56,669 nt of DNA, from the NCBI GenBank assembly GCA_964610475.1, contig CAZSZQ010000004.1, forward strand, positions 1 to 56,669. The letters run 5' to 3'. This DNA is from an uncultured Desulfatiglans sp. Lineage in GTDB: Bacteria; Desulfobacterota; DSM-4660; Desulfatiglandales; HGW-15. Shown here piece after piece: positions 53,234-56,669 of the stretch. Position numbers and translations under genes: made by a program. The notes beneath the pieces are model-generated. The model saw nothing but the letters and a program-made list of their open reading frames with translations. It ran no database searches and had not been told where the DNA came from. Numbering within the stretch: position 1 is the stretch's first letter; every line of letters starts with the position of its first letter.

Positions 53234-53956
53234 TCAATTAGCGAGCGGCAGAGCCACAGAGGTTGAAAAAATTAATGGTTTCTCCGGGTTATCACTATCA
53301 ATAAACTCAAGTGTGACAGTAATAATGGATGGCAGCTTTTTTTCTGAATCCACTACAGACTCATCCCATGCATCATAGGTATCACCGTTTTTATCTCTGT
53401 AGGTAATATTAACCGAATACAGACCCTCGCATATTTTCCACCCGCTGGTATTTTCCTCAGGCCAGGCAAGGTTACCCTGGGTATCAGATCTGTAGAGAGA
53501 TATGCTCTTATCCTCCTTCATAAGCGGATAATAGGCTATTTTTGCATCTCCTTCTTCATAATTGTATCCGCTTACATCTATATGTGACCTTGAGAAGAAC
53601 CTGATTTTATCTGCCTGCCTGTCTTCTATATACTTATCCTCCCCTGTGAGGGTTTCAATACCGGTGTCATCCTGGATATTTTCAGTTTGCTGAGGTATAT
53701 AGGCCGATTCAAGATCCTCGATTATCCTTATCAAGGCGGTCCTCGCCATACCATAGATGTCTGCCTTGCTTTCCGCTATCTGGATATTTCTGTATGTCCC
53801 TGTATAGGCTGGGTATATAAGCGATACTATTACAGCAAATATGGCTATTGCTACTGTTATCTCAAGCAGGGTAAATCCGCACTGGCCATGGGTCTCCCTG
53901 TTTTTAGGGGATACATGAAGCAGTAAGAGGTTAAAAGTATATGAATAATCTATCAT
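53234..53956 (-). CDS. gspJ: Type II secretion minor pseudopilin GspJ-like
   Basis: 240-aa ORF with a prepilin-type N-terminus GFTLLEITVAIAIFAVIVSL after a 26-aa leader. Confidence 0.65.
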   Translation of the reverse strand: MIDYSYTFNLLLLHVSPKNRETHGQCGFTLLEITVAIAIFAVIVSLIYPAYTGTYRNIQIAESKADIYGMARTALIRIIEDLESAYIPQQTENIQDDTGIETLTGEDKYIEDRQADKIRFFSRSHIDVSGYNYEEGDAKIAYYPLMKEDKSISLYRSDTQGNLAWPEENTSGWKICEGLYSVNITYRDKNGDTYDAWDESVVDSEKKLPSIITVTLEFIDSDNPEKPLIFSTSVALPLAN

Positions 53957-53994
53957 CTAAAATATTTTTTTCAGATTAATATAAGGGTAAACCA

Positions 53995-54393
53995 TTATAA
54001 AAACTTATACAGCCTGAGATCATATTGATAGACCTTTTTTTCTCCAAAATAAACATGCAGATCAATCTGCTTGAAACGATCAGCATATTTTTCAAGTATC
54101 GGCAGTGAGGTGCCGTTTATCTCTATCTCCCAGTAATATTCAGGATACAATTCTCCAAAATCCCCTGAATCATTTGATAGATTATCTGTTTCAACCAGTT
54201 CCAGTTCTGCCATCTTTGCCTGGGCGAGAAAGGCGGCAGTTGTATAGAATTTTGCCTCATTTGCCAGACTCAATCCCTGGGATTGAGAAGCAAGGAGGGT
54301 TGTAAGCGAAATTCCTATAAGGGCAAGGGCAAACATAACCTCCATGAGGCTGAACCCTTTTCGATCAAATATCTTTGGATAAGATGTCTTCAA
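53995..54393 (-). CDS. gspI: Type II secretion minor pseudopilin GspI
   Basis: 132-aa ORF with KGFSLMEVMFALALIGISL. Its size is typical of GspI. Confidence 0.7.
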   Translation of the reverse strand: MKTSYPKIFDRKGFSLMEVMFALALIGISLTTLLASQSQGLSLANEAKFYTTAAFLAQAKMAELELVETDNLSNDSGDFGELYPEYYWEIEINGTSLPILEKYADRFKQIDLHVYFGEKKVYQYDLRLYKFL

Positions 54394-54937
54394 AGCTGAG
54401 ATAATCCTCTATGATTTTTACCTTTCCTAAAAAAGGTTCCAGCAACAATGTAAATTTTCTATCTCCGCTGTCGCTTAGATGTATCAATGAATAACCTACA
54501 TATCCTTTTCTGCTGAACCTTATACGGGACTCACCATCAGCCTTCCTTTCGGAGCCAAACTGATCTATATCAAGTATACGCACATCTTCCGGCAAGATAT
54601 TGGCATTGTCCCTGGATTCCAGCATTCCGATCTCGTCCTCTCCTTCTTTCTCATACCAGTATATGCCCTTTTCTATATCAAATATCAGGATATGTTCCTG
54701 ATATTTACTGACAGACTCGTCTCTCAGCCATGTTATTGTTGCGACCAGCTTTCGTGAGGCGGTTTTCAGATTGTCATGCAGAAGGCTTTCACGTATGACC
54801 GGCACTGTAATTGATAGTAAAAGCCCTGCAATAAAAATAACAATAGTCAATTCCAGAAGGGTAAACCCCTCCGTTTTTTCTATTTTGGATGCCCATATAT
54901 TTTTTTTAATCGTCTTCCCAGCTGTTGACATCCGCAT
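54365..54937 (-). CDS. gspH: Type II secretion minor pseudopilin GspH
   Basis: ORF opens at 54970; the candidate ATGs 54937 and 54931 still overlap the gspG end. Prepilin motif EGFTLLELTIVIFIAGLL. Confidence 0.65.
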   Translation of the reverse strand: MRMSTAGKTIKKNIWASKIEKTEGFTLLELTIVIFIAGLLLSITVPVIRESLLHDNLKTASRKLVATITWLRDESVSKYQEHILIFDIEKGIYWYEKEGEDEIGMLESRDNANILPEDVRILDIDQFGSERKADGESRIRFSRKGYVGYSLIHLSDSGDRKFTLLLEPFLGKVKIIEDYLSFEDILSKDI

Positions 54938-55346
54938 CTTTTCCTTCACCGCCGGGTTCATTGTCATCACCGTATGACATTATGTCAAAATCTCCGTGCA
55001 ATCCTGGTGAGAGATAAGCATAATCATTTAACCACGGGTCTTTTGGGAGCTTACCGATATAACCTCCCTCTCTCCATTTCCTGGGCAGTTTTCCGACAGT
55101 GGGAGGGGAGATCAGGGCCTGAAGACCCTGCTCTGTTGTTGGATAACTACCGTTATCAAGTTTATACAGATCAAGTGCGGTCCTGAAGGTTTCTATCTGT
55201 ACCCTTGCCTGTGTCCTTCTAGCCTGTTCGGTCTGGCCGGTAAGCTTTACCGCAACATAACTCGCAAGAATACCCAGAATAATTATAACGACCATTATCT
55301 CAATCAGGGTAAAGCCCTTTTCTGTGTTTTTATTCTCTAAATACAT
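54906..55346 (-). CDS. gspG: Type II secretion major pseudopilin GspG
   Basis: 146-aa ORF. KGFTLIEIMVVIIILGILA, the conserved YKLDNGSYPTTEQGLQAL and LPKDPW, and an acidic C-terminus. Confidence 0.9.
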   Translation of the reverse strand: MYLENKNTEKGFTLIEIMVVIIILGILASYVAVKLTGQTEQARRTQARVQIETFRTALDLYKLDNGSYPTTEQGLQALISPPTVGKLPRKWREGGYIGKLPKDPWLNDYAYLSPGLHGDFDIMSYGDDNEPGGEGKDADVNSWEDD

Positions 55347-55368
55347 ATATCCTCCTCAATTTGTTTTT

Positions 55369-56595
55369 CTAATGAACAATCTGGCTCATTTCCATGATTG
55401 GAAGTAGAATTGAAAAGGCAATAAACCCCACTATAATCGCCATACCGAGCAGCATGAATGGCTCAAGCATGGATGTCATGGCCGATACCTGAGATTCTAC
55501 CTCCCTTTCATATATATCTGCTACCTTGTTGAGCATTTTTTCAAGTTCACCGCTATGTTCGCCCACAGCAATCATCTGGACAACAACAGGCGGGATCAAT
55601 TTATTTTTTGAAAGCGGATCAGACAAAGACTTCCCTTCTTTAATCTCTTCTATGGCATTATCAATGATCTCTGCTACCGGAATATTATTGACCACATTAC
55701 GTACAATCTCAAGGGCATTAATCAGTGTTACCCCGCTTGTCAGAAGGCTGCCAAGTGTCCTTCCGAACCTGGCAATGATCATCCGTTTTATTACCGAACC
55801 GAATACAGGAAACTTTAATTTTAATTCATCCCACATGCGTGCAAATTTTTCTTTCCTTTTCACATGCCTGAATATAATAACAACTGCAATGATTATCAGT
55901 AAAAGCACCCACCAGTAGGATTTTAAAAAATTGCTTGCGCCTATTACTATCAATGTTGGCAAAGGAAGGGCCTTTTCCATCTCATTGAATACGACGGTAA
56001 ATTTAGGCACAACAAAGGTTACAAGCAAAAGGAGGGCCAGCACTCCTATAAAAAGCATGATAACCGGATAAACCATGGCTGCAATAACCCGGCCCTTGAG
56101 GGCATCCTGGTTTTCGCTGAAGTCTGCAAGCCGCTCAAGTACAAGGTCCAGTGAACCCGATGCCTCACCGGCTGTTACCATGTTGATATATATTTGAGAG
56201 AAATATCTTGAATGTTGTGAGAGTGATGATGCCAGGCTGTTACCTTCATTTACCGATTCCTTAATCTGAGCAAGAATCTTTTTTAGTAATGGATTAACCT
56301 CCTGGGTAATTAGAAGTTCAAGGGATGCTACAAGCGGAATTCCTGCTGCCATAAGGGTTGCCAACTGCCTGGTCATGGTTGACAATTCTCTGGCTCTTAT
56401 ACGTCTTAATAAAGTATTCAAGGAAGTCCCGCCAGTTGTCTGAGTCTTGATCCTTGAGGAGGATTCCTTTATTGTAATAGGGAAAAACTGGGAATTTCTT
56501 AACTTATTCCGCGCTGAAACAGGGCTGTCCGCATCAATTATCCCCTTTGTCTGCTTTCCCCTGCTGTCCAGTGCTGAATATTCGTAAACAGGCAT
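55369..56595 (-). CDS. gspF: Type II secretion inner-membrane platform protein GspF
   Basis: 408-aa ORF. MPVYEYSALDSRGKQTKGIIDADS, two GspF repeats, and three TM segments. Confidence 0.9.
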   Translation of the reverse strand: MPVYEYSALDSRGKQTKGIIDADSPVSARNKLRNSQFFPITIKESSSRIKTQTTGGTSLNTLLRRIRARELSTMTRQLATLMAAGIPLVASLELLITQEVNPLLKKILAQIKESVNEGNSLASSLSQHSRYFSQIYINMVTAGEASGSLDLVLERLADFSENQDALKGRVIAAMVYPVIMLFIGVLALLLLVTFVVPKFTVVFNEMEKALPLPTLIVIGASNFLKSYWWVLLLIIIAVVIIFRHVKRKEKFARMWDELKLKFPVFGSVIKRMIIARFGRTLGSLLTSGVTLINALEIVRNVVNNIPVAEIIDNAIEEIKEGKSLSDPLSKNKLIPPVVVQMIAVGEHSGELEKMLNKVADIYEREVESQVSAMTSMLEPFMLLGMAIIVGFIAFSILLPIMEMSQIVH

Positions 56596-56619
56596 TTATA
56601 GTCCGTTATTTAAAAGTGT

Positions 56620-56669
56620 TTATCTTATCCCGGTCAGTCTGTTTGCCAGACCTTTAAGGTCTTCTTCCT
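56620..56669 (-). CDS. 3' end of an unidentified upstream gene (partial, 16 codons)
   Basis: The minus-strand frame is open from the window edge (...EEDLKGLANRLTGIR) to TAA at 56620-56622. It is too short to assign. Confidence 0.3.
   Translation of the reverse strand, partial: EEDLKGLANRLTGIR

Noticed and set aside
1-56669. CRISPR arrays, tRNA/rRNA genes, IS elements, integrases, phage or toxin-antitoxin modules, reverse transcriptases
   Set aside because: No direct-repeat/spacer periodicity, no transposase or integrase-like ORF, and no terminal inverted repeats were seen. The only repeats found are the short regulatory dyads and terminator hairpins reported above.

Overview
AT-rich chromosomal segment from a Gram-negative bacterium. 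LapAB, LpxL-type acyltransferase, a T2SS, class-I Hcp and many sigma-54/two-component genes give a Desulfobacterota-like, anaerobe-like flavour, but that is inference only. No rRNA, tRNA, CRISPR array, transposase or integrase was found. Layout: (i) 1-16 kb: gpmI (partial), an acyltransferase / GAF-kinase / enolase-superfamily operon divergent from an NtrC-type regulator-pdxA-uvrA string, then metG, a SpoU methyltransferase, a PP2C phosphatase and comEA. (ii) 16-27 kb: a signalling island around the hybrid-cluster protein gene hcp. It holds a cNMP-binding protein, a Cys-rich mini-protein, a fused bicupin, a REC-HK-REC-PilZ hybrid kinase, an HDOD-GAF kinase, two adjacent single cupins paralogous to the bicupin halves, hcp with a textbook FNR-type class II promoter, and a sensor-less kinase. 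(iii) 27-31 kb: a usp / DUF2914-like / cdaA::ybbR fusion / PPi-phosphofructokinase operon. (iv) 31-41 kb: glgA-rpiB, a decayed MBL hydrolase gene, and HIT-lapA-lapB-mutS-amidase. (v) 41-56.6 kb: a 14-gene minus-strand type II secretion cluster with atypical order (gspF-G-H-I-J-K-L-M-N-C-exeA-TPR-gspD-gspE), an ExeA/TPR pair reminiscent of MshM/MshN, and a secretin with a C-terminal TPR tail. The most interesting non-coding signal is a repeated architecture: a sigma-54-type promoter (TGGCAC/T-N5-TTGT/A) with tandem TGCAC-N8-GTGCA dyads 161-162 bp upstream. It occurs at two unrelated loci, suggesting a local regulon of the encoded enhancer-binding protein. All functional calls rest on motifs read by eye from the translations. 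No database search was possible.
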